Assembly: GCA_965205085.1 (NCBI GenBank)
Contig: OZ242039.1
Span: forward strand, 4,191,845-4,255,844
Length of the DNA: 64,000 bases
Source: Bryobacterales bacterium
Lineage (GTDB): Bacteria; Acidobacteriota; Terriglobia; Bryobacterales; UBA6623
Direction of reading: 5' to 3'
Shown: positions 19,238 through 29,596 of the stretch, one piece after another
Position numbering within the stretch: the first letter of the stretch is position 1
Layout of the letters: every line of letters starts with the position of its first letter
Translations under genes and position numbers: made by a program
Notes under the pieces: model-generated
Database searches by the model: none
Seen by the model: only the letters and a program-made list of their open reading frames with translations
What the model was told of the DNA's origin: nothing

Positions 19238-20407
19238 TTACGGAACGGCCGCGGGTCCTGTCCCCTCTCTGGTTTCGGCAACCGCCAGGTCCACCACTGA
19301 ACGAAGGGCCTCGTTCTCGTCATCCCCTTCCATCCGGCGCAGGCGAAAGTGATCGAACTGCCGGTCCGCCGAGGTGCCGTTACGGACTATCGCGATCGCA
19401 TTCTGCAACTCCCGCTCGCAGCCCAAGGCGGATGCATCATCGGCGAGAGTATCGACAATCTCCAGCACATAGTCATCGATATCGACCCGGCCACCCCGAT
19501 CATGATCCCCGAGAAACGCCATCACTCCGTACCGCTGCGCGATCCAGCGGTTCTCGGCGACGATTTCAACCGGTGGTCCCGGTGCCAGGGAGCCCTCCAG
19601 GTCCTGCCGGATCAGGTAGCGCACCAGACACGCGAAGAGCGCCACGACGCTGATCGCGTCCTCCAGCCGGGTACAGACGTCGCAAATCCGCATCTCGACA
19701 GTCGGATAGGCACGGGACGGCCGAATGTCCCACCAGATCTCGCTCGCTTCCTGAATGAAATTCATTCGCCGGTAGTTCTCCACCAAGTCCTCGTATTCGG
19801 ACCAGGACGACAGGGCGTTCGGGATGCCCGAACGAGGCAGGCTGCCGACCAGGTTCAGCCTGTACGACTTGAACCCGGTGGGCCGACCTTCGTTGAAGGG
19901 GGACGAACCCGAGAGGGCATGGAGCAGCGGGAGGTACTGCCGGAGCGCAGTCATCACCCGAACCCGAGAGTCCCTGTCTCCGAAGCCGGCGTGCACGTGC
20001 ATCCCGCCGACGAGAAAGCGGCGGAGTGTTTCCTGGTAGACTACCGCGAAGTCGCGGTAGCGCTGACCCGGTGTGATCACCTGCGCATCCCAGCGGGCGA
20101 ACGGATGGGTAGATGTCGCCAGGACCGACGCACCGTGTTCCTCGGCGGCCCGGACGACCAAGGAACGCGTCTCGATCAGAGCGGAGCGGGCGTCCGCGAC
20201 TGAAGTGCATACGCGGGTATTGGTCTCGATCTGCGAGCGCAAGAACTCACGGACGACCTTGTGACCGTTGCTCCTGTTCACGCACTTCGCAAAGATTGCC
20301 TCGTCGGGGTCGGACACGATATCCCGGGATGCTGCGTCGACGAGGAAGAACTCCTCCTCAACGCCAAGAGTGATCGCAAGATCGTTGCCGTTCCGGTATC
20401 TGTTCAC
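19238..20407 (-). CDS. carboxylate-amine ligase, YbdK/GCS2 family
   Basis: ITLGVEEEFFLVD N-terminal signature, then GMHVHAG and WWDIRPS...PTVEMRICD motifs of glutamate-cysteine ligase family 2. The GTG start at 20407 is preceded by AAGGA. The long upstream extension to 20698 overlaps the neighbouring gene. Confidence 0.8.
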   Translation of the reverse strand: MNRYRNGNDLAITLGVEEEFFLVDAASRDIVSDPDEAIFAKCVNRSNGHKVVREFLRSQIETNTRVCTSVADARSALIETRSLVVRAAEEHGASVLATSTHPFARWDAQVITPGQRYRDFAVVYQETLRRFLVGGMHVHAGFGDRDSRVRVMTALRQYLPLLHALSGSSPFNEGRPTGFKSYRLNLVGSLPRSGIPNALSSWSEYEDLVENYRRMNFIQEASEIWWDIRPSRAYPTVEMRICDVCTRLEDAISVVALFACLVRYLIRQDLEGSLAPGPPVEIVAENRWIAQRYGVMAFLGDHDRGGRVDIDDYVLEIVDTLADDASALGCERELQNAIAIVRNGTSADRQFDHFRLRRMEGDDENEALRSVVDLAVAETREGTGPAAVP

Positions 20408-20535
20408 AGTTTGTCCTTGCTCTTTCCACCCGGCGGCCGACTCGGTCCCGCGACAGGATGCCTGGAGCGGCCCCGACCGTACCACACGGAGACTTCTCCG
20501 CCGGTGGCTTCTAACACTTCCGAGGGACTCTCCGC

Positions 20536-23190
20536 CTATCGAACTCCGAACGATTCCGACTGCGTCACGGCAACGACGAGATCCTGAAACCCGTTTCCGG
20601 CGGCATGCGACGAGGCAACAATTTCCTCCACTGCACGCCGGTCCCGATATCCCAGCGGCCTGCCGGTCGCGTAGACGAGCAGTTTCTCGGCCATACACCG
20701 TGAGAAGAGGTCCAGCCGGTCGAGGACATACTGCTTCAGTCCCACCGCTCCCTCTATGCGAGTTCCGTCTCTCAGCATCCCAACCGCGTTCACTCGGGGG
20801 CCCGGCTCGCTGCCCTTGCCAACCGTCGAGTAGAACTCTTCCTCCAGCGCCTCCGCACCGTCCAATGGCCTAGTGTAAACCGGATAGTGGTCGCGCCATC
20901 GTCCGACGGGGTCGAAGTTCTCGAGTGTCATGCCCAGCGGGTCAATCCGGTCGTGGCACCTTGCGCAGCCGGGGTCGGCGCGATGAACGGCAAGCTGGTC
21001 ACGCATGGTTGTGGTGCCGCTGGTATCTGGAGCGATGGCCGGCACATCTGGTGGCGGGTCGGGTGTGGGTGTACCGAAGACGTTCTGGAGAAGCCAGACG
21101 CCCCGCAGCACAGGATGAGTGTCGACGCCGTTGGCCGTTGCCATCATCACGGAGGCAAGTCCGAGAATGCCTCCATGGGGCCCGCCGGGCGCGAATGTTA
21201 CCCGACGCATCTCGCGACCCGTGAGATGGCCCCCGTAGATCTTGTTGAGGTTTGCGTTGCGGTAGCTGAATCCCGGATCAATGAATGTCTTGAGTGGCAG
21301 GTTCCTGTCCAGTATCTCGGCGAAGAGGAGTTCGGTTTCCGCGATCATTGCCTCGCGGTCCTGATCCCCGAAGTGGAGCAGTCGCGGATCCGGCATGATG
21401 TTGTGGAGCAACCGCGTAGACAGCCACTGACCTGTGAAACTGCGTACGAAGGCATCGCCGCTCTCGCTCAGCAGCAGACGTCGGGCCTCCGCCGCCAGAA
21501 CATTGGCATCAACCAGTCTGCCCGCCCAGGCGAGATCCCGGAGTCGCCTGTCGGGAGGGGACGAAGTGAGGAAATAGCTGAGCCGGCTCGCCAGATCGAA
21601 GTCATCCAGCGGTCCGCGACGAAGCCCGCGATAAAGGAAGTGCGGGGATACGAGCGCCCTGCGAACCGCCTGGTGCAACGCTCCCTCGATTCCCGCCTCC
21701 GGGTCCGCTGCCAGGCGCTCGGCTGCGAGCTCGACGTAGCCATCCAGCACTTCGGCGCTTACGGGTCGGCGAAAGGCCAGGGGGAGGAATCGGCGCAAGA
21801 CCGCATTGAGGTGCTCACGTTCGCTTCTCGTTCCGCCAGCCGTCTCGAGAAAGCGTTGGGTTCGCTCCCTACGCCTGCGAGTGGCATCGTCCTCGATCAG
21901 CCTCAGCGGGCCCTCCACCTCGACGCTCGCGATGTCGATAGCCGGACCGAACCGGGAGAGTTCCTCGTACACGAAGTGCTTGATCCAGTTGTGCGGAGCG
22001 TTGGAGAGCCCGCCGCCCCAGACTTCGGGCAACTTCTCCAGTCGTGGGTCGTTCAGGTCGAGTTCCCCACTATCCATCAACGCCCGCATCGCTTCGTAGG
22101 CCTGCACCTGCGTGGTGCCCCGGGGACCGCCGCCGAATGCGAGCATCGCCGCGTAGAAGAGCCGGTCCCGCTGCAATCGATCGCTGAGGAACGACAGAGA
22201 GAAATCCCGCTTGGGCGGATCCGACGACGCCGGACCGTTTTCCCATCGGATACCGAACACTTCGCCCCGGCCGAGGGCGACCTCCGCAGAGAACGCCTGC
22301 GCTCCGTGGGCGCCGGGTCCAACCTCGAACGCAGAGAGCTTGCGGACCTCCCCGAAGGGGGCGTAGACCTGATCGGTCTTTGGCCGTGCGTAGATTCCGA
22401 CCTCGAACGGCTCGGTCCGGGGATCGTAGAACATCTCCCCCGTCTCGAACGGAGCAACTCGAACCGTGATACGGTAAACGCCGCTTTGTACCGCCTCGAA
22501 TCGGGTTGGCCATGCTGCGGCGCTGGCCATATTTCGTGACGACACGATTCTGAACCTGCCGTTGCCTGCCGGGCCGCCACCCGATGTGCTGAGTTCGTCC
22601 GGACCGATCACATGGAGGCGTGGCTCCGCTACGGCTGGAGCGCGTTGCGGGGGGAGCAGTTGATCCGCCACTTCGTTGGCGATGGCCACGTATTGCGCCA
22701 TTAAGGGCGGAGACAGGACGAGACCGTCCCCCACGTTGTCGAAGCCGTGCGAGGTGCCGTCGGCAGGAAACGCATCCGGCAGGGTGAAATCGGGCATATC
22801 GAACAGATCGCGGATCGTGTTCCGGAATTCCTGGCCGTTCAGGCGCCGCGGCACGGACGATCCGGTCGGAGCATGCCGGTCTAACCGGGCAGCCAGCCAT
22901 GCGAGTGTGCCGGCCCTCTCCCTGGCGGTCGGACCGGCAATGCCGGCAGGAGGCATGCGAGCCTCGGCGAGAGTCTCGTAGACCCGTTCCCACTGCGCGG
23001 CGGCCAGTCTGGATTCCCAGTGGATCGAGCCGGTGTCCAGCCTGATGTCTGCGGGCGCGTCGGTGCCGGCATGGCAGGAGATGCAGTAGCGGGAGAGAAA
23101 TTGCCGCGAACTGGCCGGAATAGGCTCGTCAGCGGGGGCAACGGGAGCGCCCAGCATGCCGGCGATGGCTAGACTGGCGGTTCGAACCAT
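20536..23190 (-). CDS. DUF1592/DUF1588/DUF1595-type haem-binding protein (PSCyt-like), exported
   Basis: CISCH cytochrome c motif near the N-terminus and a second CARCHDRIDPLG motif. The size and neighbour (DUF1552) match the common two-gene module. Start taken at MVRTASLAIAGML. Confidence 0.8.
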   Translation of the reverse strand: MVRTASLAIAGMLGAPVAPADEPIPASSRQFLSRYCISCHAGTDAPADIRLDTGSIHWESRLAAAQWERVYETLAEARMPPAGIAGPTARERAGTLAWLAARLDRHAPTGSSVPRRLNGQEFRNTIRDLFDMPDFTLPDAFPADGTSHGFDNVGDGLVLSPPLMAQYVAIANEVADQLLPPQRAPAVAEPRLHVIGPDELSTSGGGPAGNGRFRIVSSRNMASAAAWPTRFEAVQSGVYRITVRVAPFETGEMFYDPRTEPFEVGIYARPKTDQVYAPFGEVRKLSAFEVGPGAHGAQAFSAEVALGRGEVFGIRWENGPASSDPPKRDFSLSFLSDRLQRDRLFYAAMLAFGGGPRGTTQVQAYEAMRALMDSGELDLNDPRLEKLPEVWGGGLSNAPHNWIKHFVYEELSRFGPAIDIASVEVEGPLRLIEDDATRRRRERTQRFLETAGGTRSEREHLNAVLRRFLPLAFRRPVSAEVLDGYVELAAERLAADPEAGIEGALHQAVRRALVSPHFLYRGLRRGPLDDFDLASRLSYFLTSSPPDRRLRDLAWAGRLVDANVLAAEARRLLLSESGDAFVRSFTGQWLSTRLLHNIMPDPRLLHFGDQDREAMIAETELLFAEILDRNLPLKTFIDPGFSYRNANLNKIYGGHLTGREMRRVTFAPGGPHGGILGLASVMMATANGVDTHPVLRGVWLLQNVFGTPTPDPPPDVPAIAPDTSGTTTMRDQLAVHRADPGCARCHDRIDPLGMTLENFDPVGRWRDHYPVYTRPLDGAEALEEEFYSTVGKGSEPGPRVNAVGMLRDGTRIEGAVGLKQYVLDRLDLFSRCMAEKLLVYATGRPLGYRDRRAVEEIVASSHAAGNGFQDLVVAVTQSESFGVR

Positions 23191-23197
23191 GGGCACT

Positions 23198-24454
23198 TCA
23201 GACCAGTAGTTCGTTGAGGTTGTTCCGCGCCCCGGCGAACTCGCCTGTTTCGATTCCAAGGCCCTGAAGGACAGTCAGGAACATGTCGCCCAGCAACCGC
23301 GGTCTCGGTCCATCGCGCGCGATCCGGTGGTGGGCGCCGTGTCGGAACCCACCGCCGGCGAGCAGGGTCGGCAGACTGCTGTTGTCGTGGGTGTTGGCAT
23401 TCCCCATTCCGCTGCCGAAGATCACGGCTGTGCTGTCGAGCAGAGAGCGGCCCCGGGCGTCAGTCGCCGCCTCCAGCTTGCGCAGGAACCTCCCGAATCG
23501 CGTTACGTGTTCCATGCCGACCAGGTTGTAGTCTGCGATCCGTGCCGGATCGTTGCCGTGATGAGAGAGTCCGTGATAGCCGGCGCACAGTTTGCGACCT
23601 CCGATGGTGAACACCTGGCTCCAACCGGGAACCAGGAATGTCGCGACGCGGGTGGAGTCGGTGGTCAGGGCCAGTGCCAGGAGATCGTACATGATGGATT
23701 CGCACTCCAGAGCCAAGTCTGGTGCGACGGGATCGAATTCCGGCAGCGGATAGCTGACCTGGGGGAGAGGCCGGTCGAGCCAAGCGATCCGCTTGCCCAA
23801 GTCCTTCTCGACGGCGCGAACGGAGGCAAAGTACTCGCCCAGCTTAGCCCGGTCGCTGGGCGTTGCCGCTCGTTCGAGCGCCTTGGCTTCCTCGGTGACG
23901 TCATCCAGTACGCTCCTGTTGCTTGTCAGCAGGTAGTGTGTGCGGGCTTGGTCGGCATCGGAGCGAAAGAGCATGCTGTATAGAACGCTCGGGCGTCCGA
24001 CCATGGGGAGGGCGATACCGTCCCTGGTGAAGCTCATCCGAGCCTCTTCCGGCGGGGTTCCACAGGTTAGCTGCAGGGAGTCGAATCGTGTTGCGGTACC
24101 GATTCGAGAAGCGACCAACTGGTCCAGCGAGATGCTTCCGGATGCAGAGCCGCTCATCCATGCTTGCCAGCCTTGGTGTCCATTCCGGCCGCGATGGTCA
24201 AGCCCCGAGAAGACCGTGAACTGGTCACGGAACGACTCGATCGGCTTGAGAACGGCGGGGCACTCGTATTCTGTCCCGGATTCGGATGGGAAGAAATCGG
24301 GCTGGTGAAAGCCCAGGTACGTGCCGGTGCACACGATTCGACACAAGCCGGCGTCCCGGTGTCGCGCTCCGAGGGGGCTCGGGGCGAGCGATTCCAGCAT
24401 CGGCAGCGCGATAGTCGCGACGGATCCGCGCAGGAACTTTCTCCGCCCGATCAT
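23198..24454 (-). CDS. DUF1552 domain protein with Tat signal
   Basis: Start at MIGRRKFLRGSVATIALPMLESL (twin-arginine signal typical of DUF1552). The stop lies 7 nt before the DUF1592 start. Confidence 0.8.
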   Translation of the reverse strand: MIGRRKFLRGSVATIALPMLESLAPSPLGARHRDAGLCRIVCTGTYLGFHQPDFFPSESGTEYECPAVLKPIESFRDQFTVFSGLDHRGRNGHQGWQAWMSGSASGSISLDQLVASRIGTATRFDSLQLTCGTPPEEARMSFTRDGIALPMVGRPSVLYSMLFRSDADQARTHYLLTSNRSVLDDVTEEAKALERAATPSDRAKLGEYFASVRAVEKDLGKRIAWLDRPLPQVSYPLPEFDPVAPDLALECESIMYDLLALALTTDSTRVATFLVPGWSQVFTIGGRKLCAGYHGLSHHGNDPARIADYNLVGMEHVTRFGRFLRKLEAATDARGRSLLDSTAVIFGSGMGNANTHDNSSLPTLLAGGGFRHGAHHRIARDGPRPRLLGDMFLTVLQGLGIETGEFAGARNNLNELLV

Positions 24455-24909
24455 CTCCACGAAGAAAGATGATAGAGCAGGACCCGGTTCTGTGCAACGG
24501 GGGGCCCCAACACTTGGGTCGGAATCCGTGGTTGGCCGGAAACTTCCCGCTCCGATCTCGTGCCTGCGCAGGGATGCAAGGAGATGCCGTTCCCTGTGGG
24601 CGGCCCGTACCTCCCTTGCCCGGTGGTCCGTCCTTGTCGGGACAGTGAGAGCAGACATCTCGTGCTGGGCCGGCCGGCGAGTCTCTGTGTGGCACACCTG
24701 CAGCCGAGCGGGGTGATCGTCCACGTTGTGGGTCGCGGAGCCTGCTCCGAGAACCGGTTACGCGCACGCGGCCATGGGCCACTCGCCCCGCACTGTCGCG
24801 TTGGCGTCGAAGGATCGGGAGTGGGTGCAGATCAGGAGTCCGGCAGTGAAGCCCTGTCCATTCGCAGAACCTGTTGAGACTGGTGTCTTGACGAGTAACG
24901 CAAGTATGG

Positions 24910-24999
24910 TGGCGGAGAGGGAGGGATTCGAACCCTCGTCAGAGTTTCCCCTAAACACGCTTTCCAAGCGTGCGCCTTAAGCCGCTCGGCCACCTCTCC
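24910..24999 (-). tRNA. tRNA-Ser (anticodon GGA), CCA encoded
   Basis: The reverse complement folds as acceptor GGAGAGG/CCTCTCC, D arm GCC-GAGCGGCTTAA-GGC, anticodon stem CACGC/GCGTG with loop TTGGAAA (GGA), a long variable arm, and T arm GAGGG-TTCGAAT-CCCTC, followed by GCCA. Confidence 0.9.
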
Positions 25000-25029
25000 G
25001 CGACCATGCCTGCCTCAGAACACCTAGTC

Positions 25030-25625
25030 TAGTGGACAACTCCATTGTAGGCCAACGTGCCCGAATGCGAGCCTCCGTGGACGTGCGAATCGGATTCTGG
25101 TCCCTCCTCCAGCCTCATGGCCCGCCAGCTCGAGAGGGGGAAGGTGCGTTGCGTGGGTGGTGGTTGAGCCGGCTGCTCGCTCCCTGCAATCGTTGCGGGT
25201 CGAGTGTGCGCAGGTTCCCGGTCTTGGGTACGAACTGGCGCAGCAGGCTGTCGGAGGGTTCGTTGGGGGTCGCTCAGAAGATGCCCGCGTCGAGCACCCA
25301 GGTGACCTGACAGTGGCCGGCGAATTCCTTTCCGGGGTTGCAGATACGGGTCGGGAAGGGCCATCGCAGGTCCTCCACAGCGTCGTCCAAAAGGGCACCG
25401 GTCTCCCGTCTAACGGCCGGAGAAAGCAGGTACTTTGACTTCCGTTCGACGAGGGCTACAGGGGCTCCCTGATGAGCCGTGCCAACGATCGTTTCGCCTT
25501 CTCATTTCCCGCAGTCGCACTTGCTGGTGCCACCGTCTGGACAATGTACCGGGCCGGGCGAGAGCGGCGCGGTACCCGCTGTCTCCACCGCAGTCTGCCC
25601 AGTGCGGGCCGACAAGGGAGGGCCC
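25030..25625 (-). pseudogene. IS30-family transposase gene, 3' portion (GHWEGD-like region to C-terminus), frameshifted
   Basis: Minus-strand pieces lie in three frames. VGPHWADCGGDSGYRAALA matches GHWEGD. TRICNPGKEFAGHCQVTWVLDAGIF matches DNGxEF...yF. NEPSDSLLRQFVPKTGNLRTLDPQRLQGASSRLNHHPRN matches NENtNGLLRQYFPKg...LN.RPRK. The last block is clearly homologous at DNA level to 44275-44360. Confidence 0.6.
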
Positions 25626-25632
25626 CCGTTCC

Positions 25633-27861
25633 TCAGTCTGCGAAGATCTGTTGCTGCAAGTGGATGAGCGGAGAGCTCGGCTGTGTCGCCACGTAGGCGT
25701 CAAAGGCCCTTCGTACCAGCACCTTCGCGTCGGGACCGTAAGGCTTCAGGGTTTCCGGTACCCAGGCAGCAACCGCTTCTGCCTCGGCCTTGCCCGCAAG
25801 GACCGAACCGGCCCTGCTTTCGAACTCGGGCAGGAACCGCTGGCAGAAATCGACCTTGTTCGGCAGCGAAACCAGGTCCGAAATCTCAAATGCGTACTCC
25901 GGCACGCTGATCTCGATCAGTGAGAGCATCTGGGAGAGCAATCGGTTCGAGAAGTTCTTGACCTGCGTGTCGACCTCGCGCCGGTGCTCCTCGAACTGGC
26001 TGCGCGTGGTGCCGATGCCCAGGGGTGGCGCGGCGAGCTCCACGTAGACCTTGTTCTTCGGCTCCGTGCCCGATGGCCGGATCGTCACCTTGATTCCACC
26101 CTCGACGGAGTAGCTGATCAGGTCTCTCGAACTGCGGTCGGTGTCCGAGAGGAAAGGGCCGTGGCTGCTCTCATCCCAGTAGTCATTGGTGTTCAGCACC
26201 TTCCGGCCCCCTAACTCCAACGGCGGTTGGTTGCGCAGCAACTGCTGGATTCTCCGAATCTTGGCCGATCCTTCGGCTCCCTGCATCACTGTCGACCGCA
26301 CCGTGTTGCTGTAGTATCCGTGTCGCTTGTATGTATCCAGCAGGTAGTCGTAGACTGATTCGCCCCGAGTGCGCAGTTCCGATGTCAGTTCCGCCAATAC
26401 GACCGCTGCCCCGGCTGCGTCCTTGTCCCGGACCTCGGGCGTCAGCATGAATCCATGGCTCTCCTCGGCCGCCAGGACAAAGTCATCCAGACTCGCCGTC
26501 ACGTTGCGGAAACGCCCGCCCCGCTCCAGCAGGGCCAGCACGGCTGCGATGTACTTGAAGCCCACCAGCAGGTCACCGATTACCACCCCCCCCTTTTCCT
26601 CGACCAGTTTCCGGAGCAGGTTCGTCGTTACCTCGGTCTTGATGACGAGCGGGCGGGCGGGCAACCGGCCGGCCGCTTCCAGCGATTCGAGTCGATAGCG
26701 CGTCAGGATGGTCGCAAACTCATTTCCTGTCAGGAACCGGTAACGGTCACCGTCGCGTACCGCACCCCCCAGCCGGTCCGCGTCAGGGTCGGTGGCCAGC
26801 AACAGGTCTCCGTCGACCTCTCGTGCCCGCTGAATGCCCATCTCCAGGGTCTCGGGCACCTCCGGGTTCGGGCTTCGAAACGTGACATGCCGAAAGTCGC
26901 TCCGGTATTCGCACTGCTTCTCGACATAGAACAGCTGGATGTTCTTGGCGTAACCCATCCGTTCGAGGCAAGTGCCCACGGTCTTGATGCCCGTTCCGTG
27001 CAGGCTGGTAAAGACGAATCTTGCTGGGCCCACACCGTGCTGCAAGGGCAGCCGTAGGTTCATTGCAAGGTACTCCTCGCGAGCCTCGTCCGGGATATTC
27101 CTGACGAGGCCAGACGCGGCCACCTCGCGGGCGCTGGCGACTCGAATCTCTCCGACCCGCGCAACAATGGCGGCGAGGGCCTGATCATTGGGCGGAATCT
27201 CCTGACCGCCCTCACTGTTGTAGAACTTGCTTCCGTTGTCGTCGGGGTGGTTGTGGGAGGCACTCACGTTCACGCCACCATGTGCGCCCAGGTGCCGAAT
27301 CAGGAAAGAGAGTTCCGGGGTGGAGACGAAGTCGTCTGCCGATAGGGGAAGGGAATGAACCGTGACGCCCGCCGCAACGTAGACGGATGTGGCCGTCCGG
27401 GCAAGTGCTGCCGAACTCAGGCCCATGATCGGGCCGACCAGTTCATCCGGGTAGGTGCCACGCAGGTTATGGAAGCGCCGAACATCGTAGGCGACGATGA
27501 CCCTGAGCTCGGTGTCGATCCCGAACCGCTCCTGCAGGTACTCGACATGGCCCTGGACCGACGAGGCAATGGTGTACGGATTGATTCGATTCGGGCCGAT
27601 GCCGACCGGCCCCCGCCTTCCACCGGTCCCGAAGGGGATCATCTGATAGAAGCTGTCGACGAGCAGGTCGAATCTCTCCTTCTCGATCATCCAGTTCAGG
27701 ATCGCCGTGTAGTCGCTCGGTTCGACAAGGTCTGCGAACCTGTTGGTGCCAAGCCATTCCTCGAGATTGGTCATGGCTGACGACTTGATTTCGGAAGGCA
27801 GATCGATGGAGCGGATGCCCCGACGGGCAGCCGCGAGCATTGGGCCAGGGTCGGTCTTCAT
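25633..27861 (-). CDS. phosphoglucomutase/phosphomannomutase-family phospho-sugar mutase (long form)
   Basis: Active-site loop VSASHNHPDDNGSKFY (phosphoserine), with the four alpha/beta/alpha domain pattern. 742 aa ORF. The start is uncertain; an alternative M is at MTNLEEWLG. Confidence 0.85.
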   Translation of the reverse strand: MKTDPGPMLAAARRGIRSIDLPSEIKSSAMTNLEEWLGTNRFADLVEPSDYTAILNWMIEKERFDLLVDSFYQMIPFGTGGRRGPVGIGPNRINPYTIASSVQGHVEYLQERFGIDTELRVIVAYDVRRFHNLRGTYPDELVGPIMGLSSAALARTATSVYVAAGVTVHSLPLSADDFVSTPELSFLIRHLGAHGGVNVSASHNHPDDNGSKFYNSEGGQEIPPNDQALAAIVARVGEIRVASAREVAASGLVRNIPDEAREEYLAMNLRLPLQHGVGPARFVFTSLHGTGIKTVGTCLERMGYAKNIQLFYVEKQCEYRSDFRHVTFRSPNPEVPETLEMGIQRAREVDGDLLLATDPDADRLGGAVRDGDRYRFLTGNEFATILTRYRLESLEAAGRLPARPLVIKTEVTTNLLRKLVEEKGGVVIGDLLVGFKYIAAVLALLERGGRFRNVTASLDDFVLAAEESHGFMLTPEVRDKDAAGAAVVLAELTSELRTRGESVYDYLLDTYKRHGYYSNTVRSTVMQGAEGSAKIRRIQQLLRNQPPLELGGRKVLNTNDYWDESSHGPFLSDTDRSSRDLISYSVEGGIKVTIRPSGTEPKNKVYVELAAPPLGIGTTRSQFEEHRREVDTQVKNFSNRLLSQMLSLIEISVPEYAFEISDLVSLPNKVDFCQRFLPEFESRAGSVLAGKAEAEAVAAWVPETLKPYGPDAKVLVRRAFDAYVATQPSSPLIHLQQQIFAD

Positions 27862-28619
27862 GATTGGCGTACGAACTCGCTTGCGGAGATCAGGTCCTCT
27901 GGCCGCCCAATGTCGCGCCAGAAGCCCGGAACCTCGAAACAGCGTACCGGCTTTCCGCTTCGCACCGTGGACTGGACCGCATCGGTAAGGTCGTATTCAC
28001 CCCGGACGGACGGGGTTATGTTCGCCAGGGCATCGAAAATCTGGTGACGGAACAGGTAGATCCCCGCGCTGATGAAATTCGTCGTGGAGGTTCCCTTCGG
28101 CGGTTTCTCGATGATTTTCGCCACGAGCCCGTCCTCAACATAGACGGCTCCGCCCCGGTAAGGGTCGTCGACCCGAGCAAGCGCCAGCACGATCTCGGAC
28201 CGCGCAGCCAGATCGTAGAGTCTTTGATAGACCTGCGGATCAACGAGAATGTCGCCGAGAGTCAGCACAAAATCGCTGTCCGCCACGAAGTCACGGGCTA
28301 GGCGTGCCGCGCTGCCGGTTCCGTCCGGGATGGCTTGGGTAACGTATTCGACTTCAAGACCAATTGGGGGATGCTGCCGGAAGTACTCGCGGATCTTTTC
28401 GCCCTGATAGCCGATCACGATACAGACACGGGTGATCCCTGCCGCCCGGAAGCGTTCCATCTGGTGCGCAAGCATCGGGCGCCCGTTCAGCGGGAGCATG
28501 GGTTTGGGGCAATCGGCCGTCAATGACTTCATGCGGGTGCCGCGACCGGCTGCCAGGACCACTGCCTTCCTTGTGAGTCGACTTGAATGGGCCACCTGTG
28601 GCTCCCCAGCGAATTCCAT
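27858..28619 (-). CDS. sugar-1-phosphate nucleotidyltransferase
   Basis: ORF 27858-28889. Start taken at MEFAGEPQ. KAVVLAAGRGTRMKSLT..PKPMLPLNGRPML is the NTP-transferase G-loop. The stop overlaps the mutase ATG by 4 nt. Confidence 0.8.
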   Translation of the reverse strand: MEFAGEPQVAHSSRLTRKAVVLAAGRGTRMKSLTADCPKPMLPLNGRPMLAHQMERFRAAGITRVCIVIGYQGEKIREYFRQHPPIGLEVEYVTQAIPDGTGSAARLARDFVADSDFVLTLGDILVDPQVYQRLYDLAARSEIVLALARVDDPYRGGAVYVEDGLVAKIIEKPPKGTSTTNFISAGIYLFRHQIFDALANITPSVRGEYDLTDAVQSTVRSGKPVRCFEVPGFWRDIGRPEDLISASEFVRQS

Positions 28620-29038
28620 CGTATCGAATCGAGTCCGGGGTCTGGCCGGCAGCACTCCGCTGTGTTTCAGCCGTTCCAGCGGATTACTGTTCGGCTTCCA
28701 TTCCACAGCCCGGATGCGCAACCAGCAAGCGATTTGGTTGGTGGGACACGCTGCCGCCGGACCGCCGGGCGACCCGGGAGGAGCCGCGGATGGCGGTCGC
28801 TCTCTTGGTACCAAGGGCCTGATGTACGGTGCCGCGCGTGCCCTCGAGGAACGGGCCCCACGACCGTTCTCGAGAGACTGACCGTTCAAGCGGTGGGAGG
28901 TGTCAGTCGTCCCTGCCCGATCAGGCCTCCATGCCTCGAGGAACGAATTGGCAATTCATGGCAACAGGCGGTCAGCACCGCAGTGCGAGAGTTCATGCAT
29001 CTCCCGCAACTGCTTCGCGCTACAGTGAGAGCTTGGGC

Positions 29039-29596
29039 ATGTCCAAGCTTCAGAAGCCTAGCAGCAAGCGGACGCTTTACCCGCTGGACACTGTCTACAT
29101 CCGGGCCGGAGTCGAGTTGCCCCAGGTAACCGTGCTAGCTCCAGAGCGGATACCGCAGCCGTATCGATCCTTGCTCGTTCACGAAATCGATATGACCCTG
29201 ACGCTTGAGCGCCATTGCGGCGGACGGGTAACCTTGCGGCCACTCTCGACGTTCCGTCGTGGACCCTCATACTTTCGGCGGGTGCTCCTGGTTCATGAGG
29301 AGTCGGGACGACCGGTGGAAATGGGAGCCATTCGGATGCGGCTGGATGCGTTCGGCGATGATCTCCGCAATCAGATCCTGAGGAACGAGATTCCTTTGGG
29401 AAGATTGCTGCGAGACACGCAGTTCGACTACAAGAGTCGAGTGCTTTCGTTCCTTGCAGTCACGCCCAATCCAGAAATGATGGGAGTGTTCTGGATGCCG
29501 AGGTCGGACGTCCTGTACGGGCGCCGGACCGAGGTTCTCCGCCATGGATCGAAGATCGGTGACATCGTCGAGGTCTTGCCGCCGCTGCCGAAGTAG
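29039..29596 (+). CDS. chorismate-lyase-fold (DUF98/UbiC-like) protein
   Basis: ATG 29039 within ORF 28829-29596. SLLVHEIDMTLTLERHCGGRVTLRPL, RRVLLVHEESGRPVEMGAIRM and IPLGRLL resemble the UbiC/DUF98 pattern. Assignment is by pattern only. Confidence 0.45.
   Translation: MSKLQKPSSKRTLYPLDTVYIRAGVELPQVTVLAPERIPQPYRSLLVHEIDMTLTLERHCGGRVTLRPLSTFRRGPSYFRRVLLVHEESGRPVEMGAIRMRLDAFGDDLRNQILRNEIPLGRLLRDTQFDYKSRVLSFLAVTPNPEMMGVFWMPRSDVLYGRRTEVLRHGSKIGDIVEVLPPLPK

Noticed and set aside
20887-22539. 550-aa plus-strand ORF
   Set aside because: It is antisense to the DUF1592 haem protein and has no motifs.
25021-25045. Shared CTAGTGGACAA string at 17086-17096 and 25030-25040 as IS30 terminal inverted repeats
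   Set aside because: It is only an 11-nt match. In the 17-kb copy it sits 5 nt before the transposase ATG rather than at the element end, and the third copy has CATATGGGAGAA there instead. This is insufficient to define IRs.
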